Shown piece by piece: positions 44,506-59,063 of a stretch of 64,000 nucleotides of DNA (positions are counted from its first letter, which is position 1; each line of letters opens with the position of its first letter). The notes beneath the pieces are model-generated. The model worked only from the letters and a program-made list of their open reading frames with translations. It was not told the origin of the DNA and made no database searches. The stretch covers positions 18,290,001-18,354,000 of the forward strand of contig OX597836.1 of NCBI GenBank assembly GCA_951406725.2, written 5' to 3'. Both the position numbers and the translations under genes were made by a program. Source of the stretch: Octopus vulgaris. Its lineage: Eukaryota.

Positions 44506-44764
44506 GCTCTGCGAGAAATATCACGATTTTGGCAAAATTTGTAAAAGGTCAGACGATACAAGAACAATGGAGTACCGATAGAGCTATATGGGAGCCGGAA
44601 GTCACGTGAATCCGGGTATTTCATAAATCATATTTCACTTGTCTTGTTGATAATACATTCTGGTAGCAGTGTGTGTGTATGTTTGTGTGTGCATGTATTT
44701 ATCTGTGTATGCATGTGCATATATATATATTTATATATTTATGTATAATTAACTACATGTGTAG

Positions 44765-44805
<41 letters not shown>

Positions 44806-44816
44806 TACAGACATAT

Positions 44817-44867
<51 letters not shown>

Positions 44868-44882
44868 TACAGACATATATAC

Positions 44883-44935
<53 letters not shown>

Positions 44936-44949
44936 CATATATACATACA

Positions 44950-45015
<66 letters not shown>

Positions 45016-45362
45016 GAGAGAGAGAGAAATATGTATAAAATACATAAAACACGCACACATACACACACTCATATATATGCATCTAAATGTATGAATGGAT
45101 GTATCTGTGTGAATATCTACGTACGCATTTACGTGTGTGTGTGTTCTTAGCTTTCTTCGACTTTCCTCAGCAATTGATAAAGAGCCGGTTTCTAACATTA
45201 GAAACAAGACTCTTTCGTTGGAAATTAGATAACATGAACAGAGTCATCTTCTATGAGATTTATTTAAGTTCTTGTAGTTGAAGCTGGTCGCTAACAAAGT
45301 GACAAGACTTTTCGAATCAAGGTAGTTCCTGAGGTTTGTAAGTATGTGGTTGAGTTAGTAGG

Positions 45363-45430
45363 TATGAGGGGATACTGAAAAGTTCCTGACACTCTTAAAG
45401 CCATGGACTTTTCTGCCCACCCCTCTCGTA
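45363..45430. mobile_element. Minimal mariner MITE (TIRs only)
   Basis: TATGAGGGGATACTGAAAAGTTCC...GGACTTTTCTGCCCACCCCTCTCGTA; same TIR family as 465-682. Confidence 0.6.
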
Positions 45431-45573
45431 TATGCCCCTGCGTTTGTGTTCCGTGTGAACCTGCCTTTTTTGTCCTCGATATTTCATTACGTTTCATATG
45501 CGTATCAATGGGCCAAGATTTGTCTTTTTGTTTTTCGCATTATTTGTTTTGATCTCGTACAGAGAGGATACCT

Positions 45574-45995
45574 ATTTCATTACTACCCACAAGGGGCTAA
45601 ACACGGAGGGGACAAACAAGGACAGACAAACGGATTAAGTCGATTACATCGACCCTAGTGCGTAACTGGTACTTAGTTTATCGACCCCGAAAGGATGAAA
45701 GGCAAAGTCGACCTCGGCGGAATTTGAACTCAGAACGTAAAACCAGACAAAATACCTATTTCTTTATTACCCACAGAGGGGGTACACATAGGGAGGACAA
45801 ACAAGGACAGACAAACGGATTAAGTCGATTACATCGACCCCAGTGCGTAACTGGTACTTAGTTTATCGGCTCCGAAAGGATGACAGGCAAAGTCGACCTC
45901 GGCTGAATTTGATCTCAGAACGTAACGGCAGACGAAATACGGCTACGCATTTCGCCCGGCGTGCTAACGATTCTGCCAGCTCGCCACCTTAAAGG
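45574..45995 (-). mobile_element. Dimeric SINE-B with TSD
   Basis: Two ~185-bp units share one head; 18-bp TSD CGTA(C/T)AGAGAGGATACCT at 45556-45573 and 45996-46013. Confidence 0.9.
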
Positions 45996-47142
45996 CGTAT
46001 AGAGAGGATACCTGCCAAGCGGCAGCCAGTCACCTAGGGCAGACATTGTAACGTTACTGTTCCGACCTTGTCAGGTTTTAGCAAAATTCAAAGGTTTTCA
46101 GTATATTGATTATGAGGACGTAGAGTGTGAGCTGCAATGTTTAGTACTACTTTTTTTTTGCATTTCGTATTCGTTTTGAGTCTTTTTGTTGAGTCTTGTT
46201 GTTTTTTATAGAACAGTAAGTGTTCCAATTGCAAAGCGCCACATTCTGCTTATTTCAATTTGAAAACCGTTATACTTCACAAGTTTATCGCACATTTTTA
46301 TCAGGTGGTATTGACGTAATTATAATTGCGTAGGTCTTGTATTTTAGTCTGTTTAACCATAACATCTGGATAGTTGACATTTATTTATGTGATCAGTATA
46401 TACTATAAAGTCCCAAAGGATGCTAAATCCATCACTTTCAACTACTGTTTTAGGTTTGTGTTCATAGCAGCGTTTCGTTTATTCAGTACCGAAGCTGTTG
46501 CACAAAGTCCAGTGAGTGATTTAACCAAAATCTATCATATCTAGCTTTGTATTCGATTGGACCCGTGGTTGAGCTTCCAAATACTCACTCTAAAGTCAAT
46601 AGTTAAATCGTGGACATCACAGACTTGCACGTTGAGCCGGCTCCATTTATCGAAGATGTAAGCTTGATAATTGTTTGTGTATAGACTTGCCCTAGACATC
46701 AAGAATTAATCCCTTTGTTTCTGTCATCAATCCTGAACTCCGCAGTTGCTGATGCGTTTTTGAATGGTGTACAACAGCTTCCTTGATGTGGAGTGGGTAC
46801 TGACCGTGTTGGTCAAGATTTTTCCAATTTCTCTTTTCTTGTATCAAGTAATGGACGAAAGCATTTAAAAGACAAATTAAATTCATGTAACTGAACAAAA
46901 TCAAAAATATTAAGTCTATTTCCCCACTTTCCTCCATAATAACAAGGGCATAGTATGAGAGAGATTTGGCTGTTATTTCTAGCAAATTGAACCACCACAC
47001 AGTGTTGTCCAATTGGCTCATTAGTTAGTATGTATAAATAAACAAAAACTAAAAGACACACACACACGCGCACACACATACACACACACTCATGAATGTA
47101 TGTTTGTGTGCGCGATAATAAGTGTCGCGTGATGGAAATAAA

Positions 47143-47532
47143 ACTCTTTAACTCTTTTAACTCTTTTACTTGTTTCAGTCATTTGACTGCGGCCATGCTG
47201 GAGCACCGCCTTTAGTCGAGCAAATCGACCCCGGGACTTATTCATTGTAAGCTCAGTACTTATTCTATCGGTCTCTTTTGCCGAACCGCTAAGTGACGGG
47301 GACGTAACCACACCAGCATCGGTTGTCAAGCAATGCTAGGGGGACAAGCACATACACACACACTTATATACATATATACGACAGGCTTCTTTCAGTTTCC
47401 ATCTACCAAATCCACTCACAAGGCTTTGGTCGGCCCGGGGCTATAGCAGAAGACACTTGCCCAAGATGCCACGCAGTGGGACTGAACCTGTAACCATGTG
47501 GTTGGTTAGCAAGCTACTTACCACACAGCCAC
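47143..47532 (-). mobile_element. SINE-A, near full length
   Basis: Reverse complement of 24574-24989. Confidence 0.92.
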
Positions 47533-48136
47533 CTTTTTCTATAATTTTTGTTGATTTAGAATTTCTCTGTTTTGGTCAGGATTTCCCCAATTTCTTTTTT
47601 CTTCTATCAAGAAATTGACGAAAGAATTTTAAAGAAATTAAATTCAAAGAGCTGAACAAAATCAAAAATATCAATTCTAATTTTTCCCCTTTACTTTTTA
47701 ATTTTCCTACAACAATTAATTGCCGAATCCTATGTACTGTGTCCTTGCATATTAGGTGAATATTTCAGAAATATTTTCACCTTTTAAGCAAAAGCACTCT
47801 AATACATTCGTATATGTTTTTCAATTTAAACACCCTGAATCAGTTTGGAGATTTAGTGATTTAATAACAAGTTTTAAAATATGGATAATCGCACAAGACA
47901 CTGAAATTTTTTTTATTAATAATAATCATTATTATTATTTCTTTCCCTCCTGTGCCGTGGGATACGCTGCGACTCTCATGCGATTATCCGTTTTTGAAAA
48001 CTTGTTATTAAAACAATAATTCACGGAAAATATGAAAAATATAATTCACGGAAAATATAAAAATATTTAAAAAAATGTAAACATGTGTAAATTGTGTCCT
48101 GGTGCCATGAGAAAGGTTTCTATATTGTGATAGTTA

Positions 48137-48370
48137 GAGGCGGCGATCTGGCAGAAACGTTAGCACGCCGGGCGAAATGCGTAGCCGTATTTCGTCTGTC
48201 GTTACATTCTGAGTTCAAATTCCGCCGAGGTCGACTTTGCCTTTCATCCTTTCGGGGTCGATAAATTAAGTACCAGTTTCGCACTGGGGTCGATGTAATC
48301 GACTTAATCCCTTTGTCTGTCTTTGTTTGTCCCCCTCTATGTTTAGCCCCTTGTGGGTAGTAAAGAAATA
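48137..48370 (+). mobile_element. SINE-B, young copy
   Basis: Full head to AGTAAAGAAATA tail; flanked by a 36-bp duplication. Confidence 0.92.
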
Positions 48371-48387
48371 TATATTGTGATAGTTAG

Positions 48388-48605
48388 AGGCGGCGATCTG
48401 GCAGAATCGTTAGCGTGTTAGACAAACTGTTTAGCAGTATTTCGTCCGTTTTGGCGCTCTGAGTTCAAATTCCACCGATGTCGACTTCACCTTTTATTAT
48501 TCCGGAGTCGATAAAATAAAGTACCAATTGAGTACTGAGGTCGATCTAATCGACCTATCCCCTCCCCGATATGTTGCTGGCCTTGTGCCAAAATTTGAAA
48601 TCATT
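48388..48605 (+). mobile_element. SINE-B, old-tail copy
   Basis: Same head and body, with tail GCTGGCCTTGTGCCAAAATTTGAAA. Confidence 0.85.
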
Positions 48606-48610
48606 ATTAT

Positions 48611-49028
48611 ACTCTTTTTTTTTTTTTTACTCTTTTTACTTGTTTCATCATTTGACTGCGGCCATGCTGGAGCACCGCCTTTAGTCGAGGAAATCGACGC
48701 CGGGACTTATTCTTTGTAAGCCCAGTACTTATTCTATCGGTCTCTTTTGCCGAACCGCTAAGTGACGGGGACGTAAACACACCAGCATCGGTTGTCAAGC
48801 AATGCTAGGGGGACAAACACAGACACACAAACATATACACACACAGACATACATATATATATATACATATATACGACAGGCTTCTTTCAGTATCTGTCTA
48901 CCAAATCCACTCACAAGGCATTGGTCGGCCCGGGGCTATAGCAGAAGACACTTGCCCAAGATGCCACGCAGTGAGACTGAACCCGGAACCATGTGGTTGG
49001 TTAGTAAGCTACTTACCACACAGCCACT
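48611..49028 (-). mobile_element. SINE-A, near full length
   Basis: Reverse complement of SINE-A. Confidence 0.92.
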
Positions 49029-49029
49029 A

Positions 49030-49220
49030 AGGCGGTGAGCTGGCAGAACCATTAATGCTTAGTGGCATTTCGTCCATCCTTACATTCTGAGTTCAAATTT
49101 GGCTAAGGCCCACTTAGTCTTTCATCCTTTCAGGATCGTTAATTAAGCACTGGGGGTCGATGTCATCGACTTATGCCCTCCTCTAAATTGCTGGCTTTGT
49201 GTTAAAATTTGAAGCCATTA
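49030..49220 (+). mobile_element. SINE-B, old-tail copy
   Basis: GGCGGTGAGCTGGCAGAA...GCTGGCTTTGTGTTAAAATTTGAA. Confidence 0.8.
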
Positions 49221-49321
49221 TATTATTCTTTATGAAAGTGTTGTTATTATAATTAGCAGCATAATCATTAGTATTGTTATGCATATTGTTAGCATTAAGT
49301 GATTATTTATCACCACCAATG

Positions 49322-50056
<735 letters not shown>

Positions 50057-50446
50057 GAAACAACAACAATAATAGCGGCTGTAGCAGTTACAGCGAGCAA
50101 TATCAAACATTGATCGAGTTTTTGAGAAATATTCATCACGCTCAAACACTATTGCACCGCAGTTTGTAATGTCACGAGAAGCGCTGCGATTTCCTGAGAC
50201 GCCATGTTGTTGTCACTCAAACGCTTTCTCATGATTTCGTATCTTTTGCAGTGTTCGTCACGAACAAACGACGACATGATACAGACATTTCGTGGTATCA
50301 CGATTTATAGTGTGGCAATATCTAGTTATATAATCGAATATATCCGTTTACATAACTACATAACACATAACACTGAATGAGACTCGGTTTTATAACACGA
50401 AACACAGTATACATACATACATGCATAAATACGTATATATGTATGC

Positions 50447-50514
<68 letters not shown>

Positions 50515-50537
50515 ATATATGTATATATATATATGTA

Positions 50538-50630
<93 letters not shown>

Positions 50631-50656
50631 GTATGTATGCATATATAAGAATGTGT

Positions 50657-50709
<53 letters not shown>

Positions 50710-51237
50710 TCCACACGGATTTATATCCGCAAATACGTACAACGTATTTTTTGGTTACAGGACTATGAAACGTCTTGCATTTTTTACACACACATACATA
50801 CAGACACACACACACACACATACACGCAAGCGGATACATATATCCAGGCTTACGTATAGCATGACACATTTTGTTATTGCATAATAAAATAATCTGTATC
50901 TATTTTTTAGTTATTGTTAATACAACGTTATATAATTGTGATATTTTGTAGTATATATATCATTTATATAACTTTCTTCTTTCTACTCCGCCCCTGTGAA
51001 CAAAAGCAACGTTGCAACAACGTGTGAATCAACATTCATTATATGACCTCGCTAATCCCTGTCGAGGAAACACTTTTCCCCAGATTCCTCACTATGTATG
51101 TATGTATGTATGTATGTATGTATCTATCTATCTATCTGTCTATGTATCTATCTATCCATTTTCTATCTATCTGTCCATCTGTCAGTCTATCTATCTATGT
51201 ATGTATGTATGTATCTATCTATCGATCTATCTGTCTG

Positions 51238-51346
<109 letters not shown>

Positions 51347-51427
51347 TTTATTACAAAGCAGCAAAAATATCACAAAAACTGTTACTTCAGAGTTTCACGT
51401 TCCGGTACGTCGGGAAATTTTGTTTAG

Positions 51428-51470
<43 letters not shown>

Positions 51471-52514
51471 TAGATATATGCATGTATGTATGTATGTCAG
51501 ATCGCTGTGAGTGCCACTAGTAATATATGATCCAGTTCAATATGCTGCTTGGTCGGGTCGTCGGAGACCCATTAAGCTAGTTTCATATGGAGGGTGATTG
51601 GACACCCTGTAGGATGAAAACCAAAACATGTCAAAGGACACATGAGCGCAATGAAGTCAATGGCCATCAAACTCTGTGTACACCATCTTGGCCCTGCTAT
51701 ACCTCGTGGACAACGGTAGCTCGTGCAACAATCATTGACAAACAGATGGCTTTGGTGCAGAAAATACAGTAGTTGCGCAGAAGATTGATATGTTTTCAAA
51801 TATGGGTAGGCGCAAGATGTGCAGTCATGAGTAAACCATGAGAGTGAGAAAGAAGGCATGGTGTATGTACTACATTACGGAGAGTGTGAGATCCTCTGTC
51901 CTTCTTAGTACATCACTCTAGGAAAAGAAAAACTGATGTAAAACCTATGACTCGATAGCAATGAATGATGTTGACTAATTCTTTGTGTGGCTTCTCTCAT
52001 CGTTGGGGGTTTTCTCATCCACAGGGTGGGAATGGTTGTATGCAAAGTCTCTTCTCACTTTCAAAGGCGTCAATCAGAGGCAACGCTTGACGTGCCAGCA
52101 TCGTCATCTTATACTCGAGAACAAGGAAGCAGTTATTACGTATGTATGTTCTCTTGTGTTATCAATTATTTAAATTCTCCCACTGAGGAAGGAGCACGTT
52201 TCTAACAAAGATACAAAGCTTCATCCTGGGAATGTAGAAAACAATAGCAATGTCAGATTTTAAAATTAAGAAGTATAACATACTTTTTATGTTCCATTTA
52301 CAGATTCTAGTTTTAATGTGAGAGTCGGTTGATGATATATATTGCCAGTTATCTCTGTAACATTACACAATATAGTGTTCCACTGATGACCCGTTGTGGT
52401 TAAACATCTCATTACGCTTGGAACATCCAACGTAGAGCTTCCAAGCGACTACCATGTTGAAATGTGCGTAAGGAACAAATCATATAAACTTGTGTTTGTC
52501 ATAATTTCTGCTGA

Positions 52515-52582
<68 letters not shown>

Positions 52583-52956
52583 GTACGTATATGAGACCAC
52601 TTTAAATATTCTGAAAGGCTTTATTTATTACATGTAAAAGGCTTTTAACTACAGTTTGTCATAGAGATAAAAAAAATTCTCGCTTGAGATAAAATAGATG
52701 TCAAAACTACATAGGCATCTCAGAGCGCTCTGTTTTGGACTGATGGATACATTTCGAATTATTTAGTTATCTTTAACACTGGATACCAAAGAGAAGCAAC
52801 GTTTGCATAACTAGGAGGTGAAGCTCTTTTATAAGACAATAGTCGATATTATTGACTAATAGCGCTTATTGGCCGCCAGGATAAAATAAACTCGTGACTA
52901 GATCAAAAAGCAGTAGCTGAAAATAAACAACCTTAAAACAAATTCATATATATATT

Positions 52957-53023
<67 letters not shown>

Positions 53024-53301
53024 TTATGTATGTATGTATGTATAGTTAAAAAAATTAATAAAGTAGAGAATATTTAATAAAATATAACCGGTTTCGATTT
53101 ATCCACCTTATCAAATATTAGAAAGAATTTCGGGGTTTTTTTCCCTTTTTTTGGTGGGGGTGAGTCAGGGAGAAAAACATGTTTTGGGAGATTTAACATT
53201 TTGTACCCATATTTGAGTACAAATGAAATTTTGCTTTAGTCATTCTCCTATAAATGTTTCGACTATGTAGGTTTGCGGTGGGGTTCAAGGGTTCAAGTCC
53301 T

Positions 53302-53433
53302 GGCAAAAGAGACCGATAGAATAAGTACTAGGCTTATTAAAAGTAATTAGTGGGGTCGATACATTCGGCTGAAAATTCTTCAGTGTGGTGCCCCAGCGTG
53401 GCCGCGGTCTAACGACTGAAACAAGTAAAAGAT

Positions 53434-53434
<1 letters not shown>
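53302..53434 (+). mobile_element. SINE-A 3' fragment
   Basis: GGCAAAAGAGACCGATAGAATAAGTACTAGGC...CTGAAACAAGTAAAAGA. Confidence 0.8.
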
Positions 53435-53507
<73 letters not shown>

Positions 53508-53509
<2 letters not shown>

Positions 53510-53670
53510 CGCAGGAGTGGCTGTGTGGTAAGTAGCTTGCTAACCAACCACATGGTTCCGGGTTCAGTCCCACTGCGTGGCATCTTGGGCAAGTGTCTTC
53601 TGCTATAGCCCCGGGCCGACCAATGCCTTGTGAGTGGATTTGGTAGACGGAAACTGAAAGAAGCCTGTCG

Positions 53671-53703
<33 letters not shown>

Positions 53704-53923
53704 TTGTGTGTCTGTGTTTGTTCCCCTAGCATTGCTTGACAACCGGTGCTGGTTTATTTATTTCCTCATAACATATCAGTTTGACAAAAGACAACGTGCG
53801 CACACACATACAGAGATTTTTAAAATAAATTCCTGGGATCATTTCTTTTTTCACCCCAAACCCGCCAAGTCGGTGCTCCAGCGCGGCCACAACCCAATGA
53901 TTGAAACAAGTAAGAGATAAAAG
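53508..53923 (+). mobile_element. SINE-A with a young 5' half and diverged 3' half
   Basis: The first ~165 nt are almost identical to 24574; the 3' part is much more diverged. Confidence 0.88.
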
Positions 53924-55248
53924 ATGTGTTGTATTTCTATAGAAACCGACTCTGACTTTTTTTTGTTCTCTATTTTGTTCTCAATGAAAACAATACTTCT
54001 ATTTTTGTTTGTATTCATATATTTGCCTTTCTTGTCACTCTATGTTTGATTTCCTTAATGTTAGGTTTAGATATAACACTAAACAAGATATTTTCAGAAT
54101 CATCCCACTTTCCTCTGTGATTACTATGGCACTTACACGCATTATTTCATTTAATCTTGCTAATAAAAATGTTTGCATCTCTTTCAATATGATTATATTG
54201 CCCAAGCCTACATTATTTTCTAATCGTTGAGATTAATATATATATGTATATATCGTTTGTACACAGGAAGCTACGATGGTTTTTCTTCATTAAATTTTCA
54301 TGTCCAATACAAGTATCTGGAAGGAATAAGACCACCAAAACTGCAATATCAAAGGAGATCGAAAAAGCATAGTACCATATCATCAGTCACTAAAAAGGGA
54401 TGCGTTCGGATCTCAGAGGGTTCTGTTTGAAAAATATATTGTAGGCTCTACCAAATGCTGGTGCAAGCAGCAGCTGACAAACAGCTGGAAATGCCGTTAT
54501 AAGCAGTAGATAGATTTACTACAGGAATTGACATGAAATTCTGTTTGAAAAATGCTTTATAGCATCTTTCAGGAGAGGAACATTAATAACAGACAGTGAT
54601 ATGACAGCGAAGTGATTAATGTTATACAGCAATCGAGATAAGAGAATTAGACCAAATGTAGACTTATAAATAGTTAGGAATTAATAACGTAGACGTCAAA
54701 CAACATACAAATAACACAAAGATTACCAATGAATATCATAGAAATATAATATATATTTAATATAACATCTCCGTACAAAAGAACAAGGCGACTGGAGTTA
54801 AATTCTCTGAATATTCCAGTAATTAATAAGCAATGTTAGACGAAGAGATGGCTTAGTGCTTAATATATTCGCTTCGAAATTATGTCGTTCATTTTCGAGT
54901 CTCTTGCATGACATCTTGCATATTAAGGATCTTTAGCGCAGCTTCGGGTTGACCCGATCTCAGACGTTGTTGAGAATAAATCCGGTTGAAGTAATGTGTC
55001 GGACGATCCCCTGGTATGCTGAGTAAATTTATTTAAGTCTGGCAGCGGTAGCTTTTGCCCAGATCAGTTCCATAACAAAACAAAATCATATAAAATTTAG
55101 TATTAAATATATGAAATATTCGTAACTGAGGGGACGAAAATAGGCCGAAACTAATTGTCTGGCGATCCGTGGCGTTAACACACAAGCATCTTTCAGGTTT
55201 CTCGGAGACAAAATATTACAGCGAACGACATTCCATATTTTCATATAC

Positions 55249-56570
55249 AGCTTCTACCTGGACGGAAGCCATGCTGGGTCTCATTCAGCAAGTCATTTTC
55301 TTCTAGTCATTGTCATTTCCTTCTGACAATTTGCTCCATGACTTTGCTAATATGTGAAGTCAGAGTGATGGGCCTGTAGTTCCCAGTCTCTGCACTGCTT
55401 CCAGCTTTATGGATATGACATATGATGCCTTCCTTCAGCTTTTTAGGAAGTTTACCACTTGCAAGGAAACTCTGGAAGAGTATCTGGAGAGGTCCCGCTA
55501 ATTGTTGTTTACATGACTTTAGGAGGACAGCTGGGAAACCATCGGGGCCAGTTGCCGAATTTGAGCTCATTTCGTCGTTGGCTGCTATTACATCTTCCTC
55601 TTCAATGTCAATGTAGCTCATGTATGCAGTCTTTTTCTGCTGAGCGGTATTGCCAAAGAAATCAGCTAGGTTCTTTTTCTGCATGTGACTCAGAGGAGAA
55701 GTGAAAGCACTCTTGAATTGCGAACTGAGCACTTCACTTATCCTTTTGGGGTCCACAGTCAGCGAGTCATTAGGCAGGAATAGGGGTCCTATTTTGTACT
55801 GTGCCGTGGCAGTCTCCCTTGCAAATCTATAGAAAGCCTTGGGGTTTGTTTTTATGCTTTATACTGTTCTCTTCTCCTTCTCCGCTCTCTCCTTTTCATG
55901 AGAGAGTTTAATTTTGTTTTCTATTTCTAACAGTGTTAGTTTTAATTTAGCCCTTTTCCTATGCCCCAGTTCCCTATTCAACTGGTTTGAGGCCTTTGTT
56001 CTGTGTCTCATAAGGATTTTCCTGTCTCTGGGAATTATATTGGCATGTTTGCTGTCCTTTTTTTCTGGCACATATTTGGTGCATATATCATGTATGGTTG
56101 ACATAAAAGGACTTAGTCTGAGGTCATTGTCTTTTATAGAAAGGCTGTCATGCCAGTTTTGATTTCGAATCTCTTTGCAAATTGACTTCCAGTTGGCCCT
56201 GTAGAAATTCAGGTTGGATATGGCTTGAGTCCTCTTGATGGGGTGGATGTCGGTGGGTTGCCTATGACCATACATTGTTAATTCTATAATATTATGATCT
56301 GAAAGAGATGTAGATGTTACTTTCACATTATGGATTAGGCTCATATTGCTTCCTGTGGTTGATTGGAGAGTTCTAACATGTTCTAGCATGTTGGAGAGTT
56401 CTAACAAGGATTTTGCCTGGCTTTGTTCATGCAGTGACATGCCAGAGAGGATGTGACCTTCATGGCATTTAACAATTAGGAGGTTAAAGTCGCCTACGAA
56501 AAGTATATTGATGTGTTGGGCTAGATTTGTCAAGACCTCTTCTATGCGTCTGAAGCTATCCTCAAATTTA
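55249..56570 (-). mobile_element. Degenerate CR1/L2-group LINE ORF2 fragment (APE C-terminal half, linker, RT start)
   Basis: [53 protein letters not shown] and LLNETQHGFRPGRSC, with frameshifts. Confidence 0.9.
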
Positions 56571-56614
56571 TATATATATATATGCAAATATATATGTATG
56601 TATATATATATATG

Positions 56615-56656
<42 letters not shown>

Positions 56657-56670
56657 GATATATATGTATG

Positions 56671-56708
<38 letters not shown>

Positions 56709-56774
56709 TATATATACATATATATATATACATATATATAACTGTATGTATGTATATATATGTGTGTGAGTGTT

Positions 56775-56822
<48 letters not shown>

Positions 56823-57558
56823 GCAGGCACGATATATTTGGATACTTCATACGCGCTAAACTGCAACATCGTTATGAAATACCTAGAGAAAAGCAATGTT
56901 GCAGGTATTCACCACAAAACATATCGCAGGATAACAATATAACCATTCTCTTGGGCATGCCAATTCCTATAGAACGACAGATTTAGGAGAATGGAGCAGA
57001 TATCATTCACAGAGACAATCGGAGAAAGAAATTTCTCCTAATCGATATATCAATTGAAAGTGAGGATAATATATTTTTTAAAATGAAATTGTAAAACTCT
57101 ATAAATATAAATATCTGCAAATAGAGATAACCAGAATAAGAGGAAGAAGAGATAATCATAAAAAGATAATAAACACCTTGGGAATGATTAAGAAAATACG
57201 TAGACAAACGTCACCAAATCATTAAGTTTGAACACACATACACAGCATAGTGAATATTGCTCCAAAATATAACGGGTGGAAAGTGGAGTGTTTGCCTGCC
57301 GAGTTCGGCTTCAAATCTTCGCAAGTCGTACTCTGAGGAAAACCTTTGGAAACGTGGCGATTACAAGAATGAATAGATGAGCAATCTGGAACAACATAAG
57401 GGTTGCTGGGAAAGCAATTATATGGCTCTGGTTGAATTATATGGTGGTTGGTGGCGCTCAGTAGAATACCACTTGTACAAAGGCCGAAGGTTATTTAACT
57501 TAGGTCGTGTCCCCTAGATGTGGGCTTATATTGTAAGAGACGAAAGACCTACACACAC

Positions 57559-57658
<100 letters not shown>

Positions 57659-57669
57659 CGCAGGAGTGA

Positions 57670-57743
57670 AAGATAGATGGATGGATGGATGGATGGATAG
57701 ACGGATGGAAGGATAGATAGAGAGATAGATAGATAGATGGATG

Positions 57744-57802
<59 letters not shown>

Positions 57803-57854
57803 GGATGGATGGATGGATAGATAGATGGATAGAAAGATAGATAGATGGATGGAT

Positions 57855-57930
<76 letters not shown>

Positions 57931-57947
57931 GGATGGATTGATGGATG

Positions 57948-58043
<96 letters not shown>
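57670..58043. repeat. (GATA)n/(GATG)n
   Basis: Direct inspection. Confidence 0.95.
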
Positions 58044-58044
<1 letters not shown>

Positions 58045-58045
58045 G

Positions 58046-58430
58046 TTTCTTTATTGGCCACACAGGGCTGCACACAGATGGGACAAGTTACAAGGTAGAG
58101 CTTTTCTTTGGGGGAGAAAAAAAAAGGTGGCGTAGGTTTTCGATCAAAAGGGAAAAAAGAACAAAAAAAAAGAAAAAAGAAAAAAAGGAGGAAAAGAAAA
58201 TAAAGAAAAAAAGAAAGAAAAAAGGAAAAGGAAAAAAGAAAAAAAGGAAAGAAAAGAAAAAAAATGAAAAAAGAGGAAAAAAAGGGGGAGAAGAAAAAAA
58301 CGATCAATAGGAATCGTGTATCACAGTGTCATGATGTATGGTGTAAAGGGGAAAGCAAGTAAGGTTTATCCGTGGGAAGAAAAGCCTACGAAAAAGACCA
58401 CGGTAACCTTGGTCAATATTGTTATATGTT
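58046..58430 (-). mobile_element. LINE-like 3' UTR/terminus, copy 1
   Basis: T-rich UTR ending GCAGCCCTGTGTGGCCAATAAAGAAA; repeated at 58691, 62155 and 10100. Clade is not determinable from this piece. Confidence 0.7.
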
Positions 58431-58690
58431 AGACAAGTAGATAGAGATAAATAGGTAGATCAAGAGTGAGAAAGAGTTTCTTCAAGTACAAAATATTGCT
58501 GTCTACACATTAAACACGATGGCTTCGCTGAATTTTATAGTATTTCTCTTTCTGTGCAACTATGGCGGCATATAAGAGTATGTTTGTCTGTTTTTGTTTG
58601 TGTAGAGAGAGGGATAGGGAGGGAGGCACACAGACAGACAGAACTGCAGGCACATAGAAAGGTAGACAAATAGAAAGAAAGAAAGATATG

Positions 58691-58972
58691 TTTCTTTATT
58701 AGCCACACAGGGCTGCACACAGATAGAACAAATTACAAGGTAGAGCTTTTCTTTTGAAGGTTTAAAAAAAAAAAAAAAAAAAAAAGGAAGGGGAGTTTCG
58801 ATCAAAAGGGATCGTAAAAGGAGAGAAAGAGGACAAAAAAAAGGGGGTTAAAAAAAAGGGGGAGAGGAAAAAAAAAAATTGATCAATAGGGATCGTTATC
58901 ACAGAAATGTCAATATGAAGTGTAAAGGGGAGGACAGGTGAGGTTTACCCGTGGAAAGAAAAGCCTACGGAA

Positions 58973-58976
<4 letters not shown>
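58691..58976 (-). mobile_element. LINE-like 3' UTR/terminus, copy 2
   Basis: Ends GCAGCCCTGTGTGGCTAATAAAGAAA. Confidence 0.7.

Positions 58977-59063
<87 letters not shown>

Noticed and set aside
51560-52110. Possible RTE-clade LINE 5' UTR
   Set aside because: Only a vague resemblance (CTCTAGGAAAAGAAAAACTGATGTAAAACC) and no linked ORF motifs.
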